Positions 24,641 to 39,629 of a stretch of 64,000 bases of DNA are shown one piece after another (positions within the stretch are counted from its first letter, which is position 1; every line of letters starts with the position of its first letter). Origin of the DNA: Haplodiscus bocki (Eukaryota). The notes beneath the pieces were generated by a model. That model did no database searches and was not told the origin of the DNA. It saw only the letters and a program-made list of their open reading frames with translations. The translations under genes were made by a program, and so were the position numbers. Where the stretch lies: the NCBI GenBank assembly GCA_965655095.1, contig OZ296649.1:120094001-120158000 (forward strand). The letters are read 5' to 3'.

Positions 24641-27600
24641 TTCTTTGGGTCAATCTTAACAAGAATGATCTCCACAAGATGCCTACAACAATCTGCAACT
24701 CTTGAATGAGAATATGGAAACTCCAACTCGTTGATGCCCAGTAGCATGCATAGCACTAGCAGCAGGATAGTTGACAAATTGATCTCATAGCCGAAGATGT
24801 GGTAAGCCATTGGAGTCAATGAGGAACAAAATTAAAAAAAGTTCTCTGTAGAACACAAACACTACCATCATCAAATGCCTACTTTAGCAACTCCCGACTG
24901 CGACTTCGACTGTGGGCAGCCTCAGGAGAATCAGGAATCATGCTAGGCCCCCAGTCAACGGTAACACGCCTCTAGTAACAACTACGCGACGCCCCCTCAA
25001 CTGACCATCAATCTCCACACCCGTCGACACTTCCTTTTTTCCGGAGACTCTTGGAGCAAATTTGGCATCACCTGCAACATGAGGAAACTTGAACCACTGC
25101 CCCGAACATAACCCCATAATGTCTATAGAGAAAAACTAACTCTCGATCTCGATAACAGCCATGAGATGACTCTTAGGATTTCTCCCTTTTCCAGATCCTC
25201 CTCTGACGTTGGAACACCATCAGTGACCTCCGCGCTAGACACATTTTTCTGATAGGTGCCTGCTTCGTCCGGACGAACCATTGCTTCCCCAGATGAATCA
25301 TACACTAAATCTCAGCAGTCTGACGAAGTCATCCTCAAGTCATCCTCGCGCAGCACAACTAGCCTAATTGATTTTGGTGACTGGAATGCAAAAAGTCTAT
25401 TCTAGATTTTATTAGAAAATGATTAGGATTTGAACTCACCTCGTGGAACGTGAGAGGTATCAACAAAACACTTGGACACAGCTTTTTTCGCAAGTTTCTT
25501 CTTGCGAAAATTTTCTGAAACTTTCGATCCCTCAGCTTCATATCCAGAGATTCCCACATCCGGGACACTTCCAAAAACATCAGCATCCACTTTTTTGACA
25601 GCTTCCGTTCCCGCCTTCATGTCGCAATCATCATCCTCTTCAACTGGTTGTTCTGCAACTCCAACCGGAGTCTCCTCTCTTCTTGCCTCGTCAGATCTCG
25701 TGTTGGGGACATTTTGGGGATTATGAGGAACAATTTTATCCTAAGATGTCTTATATTGGTCCGAAGGTTGAGGGAACCGACTAATGAAGGTAGCTTTTTC
25801 ACTAGGAGAATCATTATGGGAACGTTACTTGTTGTGTTCCAGGCTTTCCTTGTTGTTTTCCCACGAAATGTCCGAGGCGGTTCCAGATTTTACCCGAACT
25901 TTGACTTCTGATGAGAGTCGTCCACTTCAACCAGAGCGCCCAAAAATCAGTTTTATGTCCTACTGAAGTTCTGAGATAACTTCTTTCTCATTTTCCGTTC
26001 TTTTTCTTCTGAAAGGTGAGTAAGATAGTCGTTTTAAATTCCAGCAGCAATTGTGATGCTGCATCCCCGTTATATACAAGTAGTCAATGTAAACGAGAGA
26101 ATTTTTTTAACATACAAAAATGGTTTTTATATGTTCTTTACTATCACACTCGTCCTAGTGATAGAATAGTTGTTAAAAACTTCCTGGCAAGTGGTCCGTG
26201 GAAAGGGGTTCCATACGCTATTGGGAGTATCTATTTGTCACAGTAGGCAATTTCGAGTAATTTTTTAATGATAGTAGCTAGTTTCTTTGTTCCCCAGCGT
26301 TGCCATTTTTTAAGTCCAAAAGAATCAAACAGCGTCTCAAGGAGAAATAAATTTCTGTGGTTAAAATGAACTTGGCAGTCAACATAGTCACTAACAGGGA
26401 ATTACCGGCTATTAACCTCAGTACACTTATTGTGTTCCCTCGGTTTTTTCGTTTCTCCTATTTTCACGTTTTGTGGCAAGAAACGGAAATGTTTATACAC
26501 CAAGTCCTAGTAAATTAAGGAAGGAAAATCACTTTCAAGAGAAACATCACGCTGAAAAATCCAACTCAGGCGAGAAGTAGACGTTTTTCACGTTTCCAAC
26601 TAGTTTGCTCCTGGTAGGACGCGTTCTTTTCATCATCCGACAGAAAAGTAACGGGTTTTATCCGGAGGAAAGGGATATCAAAGTCCCTTATCCTGCACCT
26701 TTATCTTTTTTTACACTATGGACTCCGAAAACAGTTCCATATTTGGAAAGAGTAAGTATTTCCCAATCAAACGTTAAATTGCCGAAAAAATGAAAAGAAT
26801 GCAGAAATACTCCCGAATTTTTACGCATGATTCAAAAATATTGGCTGATTTGTGTTTCTGTCTTCTGCAATACTAGTCTACAGCTCCTTTAGAAAATCAT
26901 CTACCCGTGCGTTTCGTATCAGTCCCGGATTGTATAGTAGCTGCAAGTGAGTTTGTTCGGCTGAGCAAAACAGAGGGTTAAATGCTGATTTATTGTGTAT
27001 TCAGCACAACATTGAAGCGCGGTATATCAGTTGGAATGAACACGACGTCAACAATTGCTTGCAAAGGAACACGTACAAAACAAAACTCATGGAGTGTGTC
27101 ACACTTTACTACAACTGCACTGTTTCATCACATTGATTGCGTCAATTTGAAATAGTTCACAGCACTTTTGCAAAGGAAAACTGAAAATGTGGATATACAA
27201 TACTAACAAAAGAAATAAGTTAAAAAGCACCTTCTATATTGAAAGAAACCCTGAGTATCTGGTTCCTCCGCAACGGTTCCACCTAGTCTGTCCGAGTACA
27301 TTATGCTGATCCGTACTTTTTCGGGTCTTTTTACATGCCTGTTAGAGAAATCATCAAACGTTTAATTTTCTCAACATAAAGTTTTTTGACTCTCATGAAG
27401 CATGTTTTTCCTGTGGGATTTTTGACCACATGCTTCGGAAATTTTCTCCGACTCTGTTACCTTGACAGTATATTTTACAGGCTTGATTTTGCTTCCAATA
27501 ATTTTTTGCGCAAAAAAAAGCCCGGAACGGCCCCTTAATTATTTAGGTGGCTGGCGAACACTTTTCATGGACGTTAAAAAACGCTGTCTTAGTTGTTATA

Positions 27601-30600
27601 AAACTTCGACTGTTAGGTTGACGCGTTAGACAAGGCGATTTCGTTATTGACTATTTTTTTGATGCGTATGCCTTTAATCATACGATAGAGGCTTCATATA
27701 ATATCCATTGATTGACTGGCCTGATATTCAGCAGTTGCATGAATGAACTGTGATGCATATGCGAACATGCGTTTTTTGATCAAACAAGGATCAGCATTAG
27801 ATCTTGCTCTCTTTATCGTAAAAAACGATCAGCCTGGTTTTGTATGGGAAAGTAAGCCATGTTCGAATGAGAGATGACAAATTCAACTCATGTTTCATGT
27901 TCACCTGGAGGAAAACAGTTAGTAGCTTGAGGAGTGGAAAGCCATTTAAACTTGCGTCAAATTTTTCCAAGCAACTAGCCCCTTATTTCTCTTCAATCAT
28001 AGCTTTTCCAAAACTAGTCCGACTTTAAAAAAGCTAATTAGATAAAAAACAGTGGCGTTGCAGTCTTCTTTGTTAATCGGACACAAGTGCGTGGTGGAGA
28101 ATACAACACAACAAAATTGTTTGACGGATTTTATACATTTGATGGACAGCGACTTTCAAAGCAAAAACCAAAACTTGAAGCTTTTGGTTGTTCAGGTATT
28201 GAAAGTAACAGCATCCAAATTTTTTTTATTAGATGCTTTTTACAACCAATTTTTAATCAAGAATATGATGGGAGGAACCCAACCATTAGTGATTGCAGAA
28301 ATTAAAAGTTGAAAACGTTGGAACAACATTATCAAGCAAACTTTTAGCAATGCGGACCTTTCCTGAAGGCAATGACAAGAAAGTCATCGAACATTTTTCT
28401 GTCAAGTTTATTTGTTCAGGTTGGAAGCTGATGGTTGACAACCTGCTGGAGGATATCCAGCGGGAACAATATGTGATAAGAGTTTGAAAAAAAGAATCAG
28501 TAATTGCAGTTTTTGGCTTTTCCGACCCCTTTAATTATCTATGGAATGAACAAATTTGGCAAAAACTGAGTTGGAGAAGTTTCTGTTAGTAAGAAACACT
28601 TCGTTGGGACTTTGGTTTACGCAAAATACCCGATAGTTATGTTGAGAGAAAAAAAAAGCATTTTTGTTGTGGATGTAACGCAGCTAATGGTTATGGCTGA
28701 AATCAGAGAATTGTTAACACTTCTGGAAATTTCCGAAAACAAAAAAAAGTTCTTCGATGTCTCCACCAAAAAATCTTGAACTGAAAGGAAGAGTCGCTGG
28801 TAATATCTCTGTTTTTTTCTTTTAGTAAAAAATTTTTGCGTTGCCAGTTAATCCGAATAAACAAACACAGGCGGTATTTATAATCAAAAACAAAGTTGAT
28901 TTGCACGGAAAATTGGAACTTAAAGCATTTTCCGGAGTTTTAGTTTTGTCAAGAGTCCAGCACAGGACGTAAAATGGCCGAGCCCAAATCGGGAGCTTTG
29001 TCACTAAAGTTACTTGTAAAAAACTTGCTGATTGGTACCTCGAGGGTTTTATTCCAATACGTTAGTTTTGGCTCGAACTGAGTTTCCTTTGCGGGTAAAT
29101 CTAAACTACTAAAATATTTGGTAATGTAGGTCTGATAAAGTTTCAAGGCACGACGCAAAATTAGCCATTGTTTCATTAGAAAACATCCAACGAGTAGAAT
29201 GCTGTCGAATGAGACACTGAAGGTTATCCATATGGTATAAATGGTGGTTTTGAGTATGACCAACGTAGAACTTCCCAATTGAAAGCAGTTTATGGAAAAT
29301 TTCTCCCATCAGGATTCCGATGCAACACACTAAAGTAACTGCGCCGTAATTGTCAATGGCCTGCCCTGATTGGTGACTTGAAAGAGTTTTTCTAGCTGTT
29401 AGTCTTCGCCCAAACTGAAACTGCTTCTCGTGGGAAGTTAAAACTAATTGCAATCACTGGCGTCCATGGGAATTGCGATGCTCTACGCAATCTCGCTGGT
29501 AGCGTACACGAAAGTGCTTTCAAGTTTTAGGAATTTTTCTTTTGGAACTCTGTTTTTAGGAACACGTTGGTAGTTGTGGCGAATATTGAGTTTGATTGGG
29601 GAAAAAATCGCTACTTTAGCATTTTTCTTTTAGTTGCTTTGTCCTAGCAAAATGTTGATGCATGGAAACCAATTACAAGAGTTTCTAATCATTATTTATG
29701 TTGAAAAGCAAATCTTGAGGTTGAGACGTTGATTGGAGTAATCAAACCCCAAATCCGACCGAAAAGGACAACTTTTTTCGGGGAAGCGTTTTTTGCAACG
29801 TTAATCAAATCAGACTTTCCATGTAATTCACGAAACGCGTATCTAACCCTGAAAATTTTTCTGCAAAATGAAAAAAATTGGTTGGTGCCTTGACGCATTC
29901 ATTCCACCGGTAGTTTTCATGGATACCAAGTATGATTTTTGCGGAAAATCAAAACCAGCGGTAACTTCTCCCACTTGAGCTTACTAGGACCCTTAAACAA
30001 GAAATTCAACTAATGGCTGCTTCTTAAACCATTTTAACAGTTTACAAAATGTTGATTGGGCTTAGCGGCTACAATCTGGTTTGCATTCCTGGGGACAATT
30101 GGGTTTGAAGACACTGAGAAGCAGGTTTTGCCGGTTTTCTGACATACTTGGGCAACCAAGAGAGCAACACAAGACGCAAAATCTCTTAATGCTTGAGTAA
30201 AATTGTTTATCCATTTACAAATTTTCCAGTGGAAATTTTTTGGACGAATGCAGCCGAGAAAAATACCAAAACGAAAAGTGTTTTTTGTCCCTTTTGGAAA
30301 GCTGAGAACCGTTTCTTGGCTTCCTGGTCTAGCAGAAACTTGAACTGGTGTGAAACAGTCATTGATAAAGTGTTTGCATTTTCATTACGGAGTGAAACCA
30401 GTTTGACCGACACATTGAATGAAGGAAACCAGTGGACAGTTATTCCAAAAACTTAGCTCCAAAAACGCGGAAAATCAAAACTATAAAGACGCTTTTGGCA
30501 TAATAGGACTATCTGGCTCCCCAAACGAAACTATGAAAAACTACTTACTCAAAAAACGACTATCCAATAAAATTGCTGTTGATCGAACCATCACCGGTCT

Positions 30601-31499
30601 AATGTCCTCGTTTGTTAGGGCTTAACTTTAAATCAATGATCAAGGGAAATCATTTCTGCCTGCAAATTTTAGCTTCTCTGGACCCTGAGCATTGCCAAGC
30701 AAAACACAATGTCTACAACTGCTCAATTAAAGTTTATTTTAGTAACGTTTGATCTGGATTTCGGCATTCTCGCCCAAAAGGGATCCTGAATTGAAATTAA
30801 GTTTCTGGGTCCTGTATAAGTTTCTCCTCTTTCAAGTAAGAATCTGATCAAGGACAGTTTATCAGAAAAAACACAGGGGCATCTTTTGCTGAGATTAAAT
30901 TTTGCAAAACAAAACGAGAAATATCAAAAAATTTAGGCCTCCTTGACGTATCGAGATTCTGACGCCATGCGCAAAAGTTCTCTCGGTTCAATTGCGATTA
31001 TATGATCAGCTTCTTCGCAATTACTTTGCACGCAGTCGATTTGGGGGAAACTGAGTTTGAGAAACGCGGAAAACTGGTATTGAATATATGTTTTCACATG
31101 TTGGGACAATTAAGAGTCCTTTTCAAGGCCCAATTTGCCACTGGTTCGATTGTTATTGCTTTTAGAAGTAAAAAACTGTTAAATAATTTTTTGATGCTCG
31201 TGTATCAAGCCACAGTCGTGGCGAGGAAAGATTTACAGTCTCTCAAAAAATCAACGCAAATAGCAGTCACATCAGACTTGCTTGATCGGAATTGCAACGC
31301 AGGACGCCAATTTGCTAGTAGAATAAGCAATTGTTTTTTTCGAATACATTTCGGTTGGACTTTTACTGCTGCAGAATTGGCCGAAACTTCGCTGAAGATT
31401 GCCTTTGCGTTTTACCAAAAGCCAAAACTGTTCTATTTTTTCTCAAGTCTTTTTGCTGAAAAAGACTCCACTGCGTAGAGCCCAACGAGGTGTTTCTGT

Positions 31500-33830
31500 A
31501 AATCAACGTTGAGCATAAACAGTTGGTTGTTCAGACCGTCATGGAAGTAGTCAAACACTAAACCAGACAGAACACGACTTTAATTATCGAAAAGTGGCAG
31601 TTCTAATCCGATATCTTAACATCGTCCTTTGGTCAGCCTTACAATACGAGTTACAAGAATGGTGATCAGAAAGTTTCGTACCAACAGCCAACTTTTCTCT
31701 TGGACATTCGCAGTTTCAGTCCAGACGGTAGTTACGGAGAGAACAGAGCTTGAAAAGTTTGGGATATCAATTTCGTTAGGAAGTTTTTAATTTTTTAGTA
31801 TATGAGTTTTGCAATGCAGGACCTTTAATCTGTAGTTATATCAACAAGGTTGCTTCAACTATTATGAGTTTCTTGTTACGACTTTCCTGTATGTAAGGCG
31901 AATAAAAATGGTGATGGAATAAAACTGAAGGTCAGTGAAAAGCATTACTGAGAAAACTTTTTGACATTCACATTCCAACACTTTCCTGAACTCAAAAAAA
32001 AATTTGGTTTGTTTTCCTTGCTTTTTCACGTGGAAAGGCAGCGCACCTGGACGTTATCTCAAGAAATGAAGGTGGTGATTGCGGTGAAAAATGATTTTGA
32101 AAAAAGAGGAAGAAAATTTCAGAGTTTTTGTCGGCACATCCAGACGAAAAGGACTCGAGTCCATGACACCAATTGGTACTGCCGTTTTTGGTTCCGCTCC
32201 TACAAAAAAACTAATGCATGGTAATTTAACCTTTGCAACTCAGGTGCCGATTGTGGCGAGCAATGAAATTGATTATCTGGAAATTCTAACTGAACAGCAA
32301 TTTTAGGAGCTTTTCACTGACCAAAATGGCAATGCAAGACGCCAGCTGACATTGTCTCAAAAAATTTTTTTGAGTTGGGAAACATTCGATGAGATTTTTT
32401 GGATTCAAACTAAGCGGGAATTACAGCGAATTTAGCGTTTGGTTTTTGCAGGAAAGTAATACTTTTTTTCAATTTCTTTTTGTTTCGGCCTTGCGAGTCT
32501 TAGAGCGCCAAGACAATGGTTTCTGAATGAGAGTTAAAGTAAGAAAATTGATGGTTCTGACCTTCATGGAAGCAGTCAAGTGTTAAACCAGACAGAAAAA
32601 ACTTTATTTTTGAGTAATGGCAAATCTACCCACACTTCTAAGCATGTTCAACCAATGAGCAATACAATGCAAGTGCAAAAAACTGTCAATACGGTATCAA
32701 AAGTTTTCGTACCAGCGTAAAAGTGTAGTTTTGGATCCAAGACATTGCAAGCAGACAGTTTTTATGGATCAAACCAAGGGGGAAGATCGTTGGAAAACCG
32801 GGTCATTGCCATTTTCTTGTGATTGTTGGCTCATGAGGACTGCATTTCGGGACTTGTAGTGTGTAGGTGATAGAAAAAAATTGCTCCTACGTTTTGGAAC
32901 TGTTGATTTTGTTTTTGATGGTCATAATGAAGCTGATAGTTTTGGTCAAAAAAAAAGAGATCAAAAGGCACTGAAAAATTGTGCTGAAAATATTTTCGCG
33001 TTCCCGGGCTAAAAGGATCCTGAACTGGTAGAAAACTCCTCTGCAACTTTCCTTCGTGTCTTCCGAAATTGGAACTTGTCCTCAATGGAACGCTGTTCAA
33101 GGGAATCAGAGGACTGTTTTTGACAAAAGTTGAAATTGAAACACAGGGAAGAGCAACAAAAAAACCATCTTTTTGAACATTCATACGGTCAAGATTACAA
33201 CTCAAAACGCAATGTTGGATTAGGTTCATCTATCATTGCTTCTAAGATTAGTAAACTGTTGCATGGTGATATTTGTAAATGCGGCTGTGGTTGTGACGTA
33301 AAACTAGTTTGAATGTCCCAAGATGCCAAGCTAACAGGAAGTTCGAGAAATTTCACCCAGTTGGATTGCGATGCAGGGCACCAATCTGTTTTTTCTGAAT
33401 TAATTTGAATTTAGATTTTCAGATATGTTGTATGCGAACTTCACAGATGTAACCTGGAAGGCGTGCCTGGCAGAAATAGACTTTCATTTTTGACGAAAAC
33501 TAAAATCACTTCCTTTATTCATCGTTTTCTGCCAAGGGAGAATTCAATGGCTGGAACCAAATAGCAAAGTTTTTTTGAATACTGAAAACGGAACGTTCTT
33601 GGTGCGACGAACATTAAAGGAAGTAGTCAAGCGGTAAACTGGAAAGAATACTAGTTCGTTTGTCGAGATGTGGCATCTTTGAAACTACTTCCATGTTCTT
33701 TCGACCAACCATAACGTTCGATACTGGAAGCAAGAACGGGACTTACTTGATCAAACAGTCTTTTAATAGCAGCAGAGTGATGTTTTAGACCTTCACATTT
33801 TCAGTCAAAATTCAGTACTATTTAGACAAT
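31500..33830 (-). repeat. Three degenerate ~1.04-kb paralogous units of a decayed, probably once-coding host sequence; insertion target of element B
   Basis: GGAAG(T/C)AGTCAA at ~31542, ~32568 and ~33619; minus-strand peptides VLSGLVFDYFH / LSGLTLDCFH / LSSLPLDYFL. Confidence 0.55.
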
Positions 33831-34390
33831 AGTAGTGTACAAAACAGAATATGACGCCAGCTTCGGTGGACGCACAGCTTCAACAAATACCAATCCCGAC
33901 CAAAATTATAACAAACACATTACACAAGGTGTAATCGTATAAAACAACGAATATTATAAAATATATTTACAGAACAAATGTTAAAAATATAATTACATAA
34001 CCACTGAGAACAAGTTATTAAAATAAAATATCCCTATCACAATCTCCAACAGAAATATAATTACAAAACGAAGTATACTTTAACAAAAACGGAAAAGTGA
34101 AATTATACGTTATCAATATCGTGAAATTCAAAATAACAACTTTGTGTACGAGTAAAATAAAAAACATGATAATGTTTGATAATACTTTGTGAATGGTGTC
34201 TGTTATAATTTTCACTAGGATTGGTTTTTGTTGAAGCTCTACTTCCTCCTCGACTCCCGTCAGTCATATTTTGTTTTGTACACTCCTGAAAAGTGAAATT
34301 GTAAAATTATGTTAACTTCTAAAAAATAGGATTAGGTTTCATTATAAAATTATGTGAAATTATAAATTTATGAGAAATTTTATAACTATG
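33831..34390. repeat. Left TIR of element B copy 1, with an internal inverted terminus ending at 34287
   Basis: Outer AGTAGTGTACAAAAC; inner ...GTCATATTTTGTTTTGTACACTCCT; then GAAATTATAAAATTATGT-type repeats. Confidence 0.85.
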
Positions 34391-34419
34391 TTTAATAATA
34401 AAATTTTGATTATTTGTAC

Positions 34420-37400
34420 TCTTAATTCCAGGGTTTAATTTCATTTTTTTATAACACTTTTTATTATCAACTAGATATAATGCTGGTTATTTTACTTTTT
34501 GTAGATACATCTCATGAAAAACAGATCTTAAAAAACATTTATCATATTCTTTTTGATATTTAAATACGTTTGAATTTTTTTATACTTTTCAAATTTACTG
34601 TTTTTTGATTGTGATTCAGAGAAACCGTTTTATTTGTTTTTACTATCATCTCCACATTCAAAAGCGTACATTTTATTTCTTAGACAAATAAATTTATGAA
34701 CCCAAATATTTTTAGTAGTTTCTATTTTAAATTTACCAATTACTTTTTGTTTTTATTATTGAATACTTCGTCGTTTTCCTATAGACAGCTGAAATGAATT
34801 AAATCTTCACGGTTTTTTAAAACTTTGATAATCTTTTTTCGATATAATGCCTAATTCAGACGTATCGGTATCAAAATAATGACACTCCAGTTTTTTTGGT
34901 CCAAAATATGTTTGTAATTTATCGTAATGAGACTCTTACAGATGTATTTTAATCACATCTATCAGAACAAAACCAACATAAGTCGGTTTATCCATAAGAC
35001 TTTCATTATGTTTAAAAGCATAGCTGTCAAAATTTTCATATGATTTATGAATACCGGTGAATGTTAAATTTGGTTTTGGCTTATTAGTTTTTTGATTGAT
35101 TTTTTTGACATAAATTCTGTTTTTATTCAATTGCGAACGTTTTCTAGCTTTTTGCCAAAGGTAGCAATAATTAATAATTTATAAAAGTCTTTTTCAAATG
35201 AACTTTTAGCTTTATTTTGTTTTTTGTGTATTATAACTTAAATTTTCTTCTAACCGCTTACTTTGTTTAAATGAAGCTGTTTCATGAAATTTTTCAACTA
35301 CCATATCATGTCTATCATAAAATTTTAGCATTGTACAATTGACTAAACATTTATTTTCTCAGTCTAATCGCAAGTTATCTTTTTAGTTTGTGTGTAATTA
35401 TCAGGTTTTATTTTTTCATAAAATCACTGAAGTCATTTTTGATACATATTTTGTTTTCAGGACAAAATGGAAAATTTTCTTTTGCCTATTTTTCATCTGC
35501 ATATTTTGGATCAACTTCGATGAAATAACCAATATCACTGTCATTTGGAGTATTTAAAAAATTTTCTAAATCTTTCATATAAAGATCAGGATGAACATGC
35601 CACATCTCGATTCCATAAAACGATAAAAGCTGACTCATTGAGTTTCCGTATAAATCATTAGCACTTAAATACCAACTTTTTTATTTTAATCTGAAAAAAC
35701 ATATTTATGACCCATTACTGATGAAATGCTTCCTCCTATCATATTCTCAAGTTGAAGAATCATATCTTTATCTTGAAGCGTTTGTAAATTGATATAAGTG
35801 TCGTTTAACGCACTTTGATAGTTGTGACTTGGCAAACTCACAGAGGAGATAGGAGTAGTATCAAATGCTTTAACTGGTACTTCAATACTTTTTCCAAAAA
35901 CATCAGCTAATAATATTACAACGTTTATCAAAAAAAGTTTGCGTTAGTTCTTCCCCATTTTTGTTATCAAATAATTTATAAATTTTGCCGGCTCGTTCTA
36001 ATTCTTCATCATCAGGACATGTGTTTTTCAATTTTTTCAAGAAATCTTCGTTTTTCACATTATCAACCGGTTTTTTATAATCATCAATATTATTGAATTT
36101 TTCAAGAAGATAAGCTGATTTTTTATTGCGATATCCTCATTTACCAGGTATTTTTTTTTCAAAATATTAAAATCATCCTCATCCATGTTTTTAGGCAACT
36201 CTTCTAAATTATATGATAAGAAACGATAACTATCAATAAATTTAATACAACCATAAGTCAAACAAATGTATTATTCGTTTGTCCTAGGTATAATAGTAAA
36301 TTTCACTTCAACAATTTTTTCATCAAATAATTTCTTGATGAACATATGACAACCATAATTAATTAAACTGTGAAAAAATTGGTATACAAGTACTTTGTTT
36401 CAATATTACAAGACTGATGAGCTAGACTTTGGTATTTACCAGTCAAATGACACCGATCTCTTACTTTAATAATTCAAATTTCTTTGTCACAAAATCTACA
36501 AATATTATTAATTCTATAATGCTCAACATCTTCCTCTGTCATTATAACATCTTCGTCAGTATTTAAAACACAGAAATCAATTCTGGTTTCGTATTTTATA
36601 ACGTCATCAACAAACCAATCTACATTATCAAAATGTTTTAACCACTTTTTAAAACATCCTCCAGTTCAGAAACTATATAATAACCATTACATACTGTATT
36701 TTGTTGGCAAGTATTAGTTGTTTTGTTTCCTTCACTAGAATTATATATTTCTTTATCAGCTTAAAAGTCTTTTTATATCCTAAAAAATAACTGATTCTTA
36801 TGAAAATGTTCTTTCCAATGAAGATGAGATTCGTTTGATGTTCTAATTGTGGTCATTTTTTTCTTGATCACATTTGGGTTCATGTGTCATTAACACATTT
36901 GCACTTGTAGAAGAACTTAAACACCGCCTACATGTAAAATTTTTATATTGGGTTCCTAAAAGTACATTTAAGTTTTTAATGAGAGCATAATGATTTTTGT
37001 ATATTAATAGGTCAACCACTCTATTTGATTCATTTTTACTACCCTCAATTGAAGTTAAACTATGTTTCCATCTATCTTAAACTTGATAAAAAATTATTGC
37101 ATACAAATTCATAGATAAATTGTTTATTTTTCGAAATTGAAAACATCGCCACACCTAAAACCATTAGTAAAATCGAAATCTTGAATGTTCATTTCATTGA
37201 AATATTGTCTAGAATTTTTTACTCTTGTTGGATGGAATTTTGCTCAAGCACGATGGTGTACAAATAAGGACCAGTTGAAACAATTTTTATGATTAGTTTC
37301 AACATTTAAGATAGCTGGAAATCCCAACGGAATTTTCACATAACTCAAACCGTTTAATTAACCAGCTTTATAAGATGATATTTCCATTGAGTTATTTGTG

Positions 37401-38040
37401 TTAAATCTCCATCCACTATCTTGCATCTCTTGCATTTGACTTTGATGTTCTAATGGAGATATAAATCAATATCAGATTCCGTCAAACTATGATTAATATT
37501 CAAATTAATGAATAGTTGGGTTTCATCTGACATCTGCCCATCTTCATCTTGCTTATCGAATCTTGCTAAAAACAATGTTTGATACTTAAAACTTTATTGT
37601 TTTTTTATTCTGTTAAATGTTTTAGCCATCTCTCTCGTAGTGTTTTTATTATGTATGGTTTTAATTCCAAGTTCAAAAAAGGTTGAGTTAAATTTTTTTA
37701 GAAATAGCGTGATTATTATGATGACTATGTAGAGTAACATTAAAACCAACTTGTAGTGATCTGGCTGTAAAGTAATAGGGATTAGTCATTTTTTAGCTAA
37801 TTCTTTAATCAATTGCTTATCATCTTTTTCAATTTTTTTCTTCCTCTTTGTTTTAATGGTTTGAGATTATATATTTTTTCAATTTTGTTTTCAATAGGTT
37901 CTTTGAATAACCATTCTGGCAAAATCATTTCGTCTTGTTTTTCCCTTTCAAAATGCTCTTAACTTCTCAAGTGTTCAACATATAAGACTCCATGAACATC
38001 AATATTACAAGTTTCACATCTCCGGCTCTTTTCCAATGGC
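34420..38040 (-). pseudogene. Protein-primed DNA polymerase B (copy 1)
   Basis: DSGWRF (N-terminal region), CHLTGKY, FIDSYRFL, LLADVF, ENMIGGSISSVMG, KPTYVGF, YFDTDT (motif C); many frameshifts. Confidence 0.92.
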
Positions 38041-38722
38041 GTCTTATTTATTAGGGATGAAATGGTTGAATTGTAAATAGCTTTTCACTGAAACAAAGTG
38101 AAATAAATGGAGGGTAAAATTTGTACCATGTGTAAAAAAGAAAAACATATCAACAATTTTCACATAAAATAAACAGAATAAAAAGATTCTAAAAGAAAAA
38201 AAACTTAAAACGTTACTTCGAGAATAAAGATAAATTATCAAATCAACAAAAGATATCTCATGAAAAAGTAGAGAATAATTATTGCAGAAACAAAATGAAA
38301 GATTTATACATTTTAAAGAATTAATTGGAAACTATGTCGAACTAGAGTACAGATTGAAAACTTTGAAAGGGAATGTTCTCAATAAATAACTCAGAAAACA
38401 CAATGGATGGTTTTTAAAGAACTGAATAGGTATATATCAAAATCCAAATGTCACTCCTTATCGAGTCATATTGTTAACTTTGTGAAAGATTCATAACTAC
38501 AAAACTATGGAATAAGCATCTTCATTCTAGTAGGCATTTACATAGAGAAGTGAATGGATTCTGGCCAGCATATTTTAGGCAAAAAAACTAATTAGAGATG
38601 CAGGTAGTAAACTTGAGACTGCTTCTTGGTAGTTGGTTTTTGGAAGTAAAAAAAATTTACCAGTGTATGGGTTTCTTCAAACTTATATTAGGATGGCTAG
38701 AAATTTGAATGACTATGTCACA

Positions 38723-38753
<31 letters not shown>

Positions 38754-39019
38754 CTGATTTCAGATATACTTATAGAGAAAATATCATAACACAATTTAAA
38801 CAAGGTTGATAAAACAGAAGTTTTAGTCATCCAGATCAAGATAAACGTGAAGATGGTCTCCAGAAAGAACTCAATTTTGACTCAATTTTGTTGTTATTCA
38901 GGGCGGATAAACAATAACAGAAATTGTTTCTGATTATGATCATAACGATCCTGTATTAGGTTATTTCTTTCGAGGGTCAAAGTACGATCCAGAGCTTAGA
39001 GAGTTTAGAAAACTCTTGA

Positions 39020-39625
39020 TGAACAACTCAGGAAACAATTGAAGTTTTTTAGATGAAATTCATTCCAAACCACCGAAAAAGAAGTATACCACAAAAGACA
39101 GACGTTTATCATTTTGAGAACAATTGGAGTCTAGATAATTTAGACCTCAGAGATTGTGATCCCGAAAATAATAGAGGACACAGATATGTCTTGATAGTAA
39201 TCGACAATTTCTCAAAATTTAAATGGACAATTCCTCTCAAAAAAAAATGCTCAAACAAGAACAAACATTATTAATTGGAACTGATCGAAGACGGGAACTT
39301 TAAAACAGTATTTTCCAAATTTTCCTAAATAACACTAACATTAAACATTATTCTAGAAACAATGATAAAGGTGCTGTTTTTGCGGAAAAGTTTAACGATA
39401 CTGTCAGAGATGTTCTCAAAAATGTTGTTCTCGAACAAGGTGATGCTAATTGGATTGACGTTCTACTTACAATAACGAAAAAATATAACAATTGAATGCA
39501 TTCTTCTACTAAACTAACACCAATACAAGCCTCTTTAAAAAAGAACGAAGTATTTGTTCAGGAAAATTCATTAGATAAACGAAAGAAGAGCAAACCAAAA
39601 TTTCAAGTAAACGATCCCATTTAGA
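39020..39625 (+). pseudogene. Retroviral-like (rve) integrase, internally deleted and 3'-truncated (copy 1)
   Basis: WSLDNLDL...NRGHRYVLIVIDNFSKFKWTIPLK, then TDR, AEKFNDT, NWIDVL, YNN.MHSSTKLTP, PKFQVND. Confidence 0.92.
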
Positions 39626-39629
39626 ACAA

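Noticed and set aside
25100-26000. Cluster of overlapping ORFs, possibly a retroelement gag region
   Set aside because: No zinc knuckle, protease, RT, LTR or PBS could be identified.
27000-27700. Myosin motor or DEAH helicase relic on the minus strand
   Set aside because: Only vague P-loop-like fragments; not distinguishable from chance by eye.
32831-33312. Duplicated ORFs (also 45037-45401) as functional genes
   Set aside because: They recur only because of the segmental duplication, differ by a frameshift between copies and show no recognisable domain.
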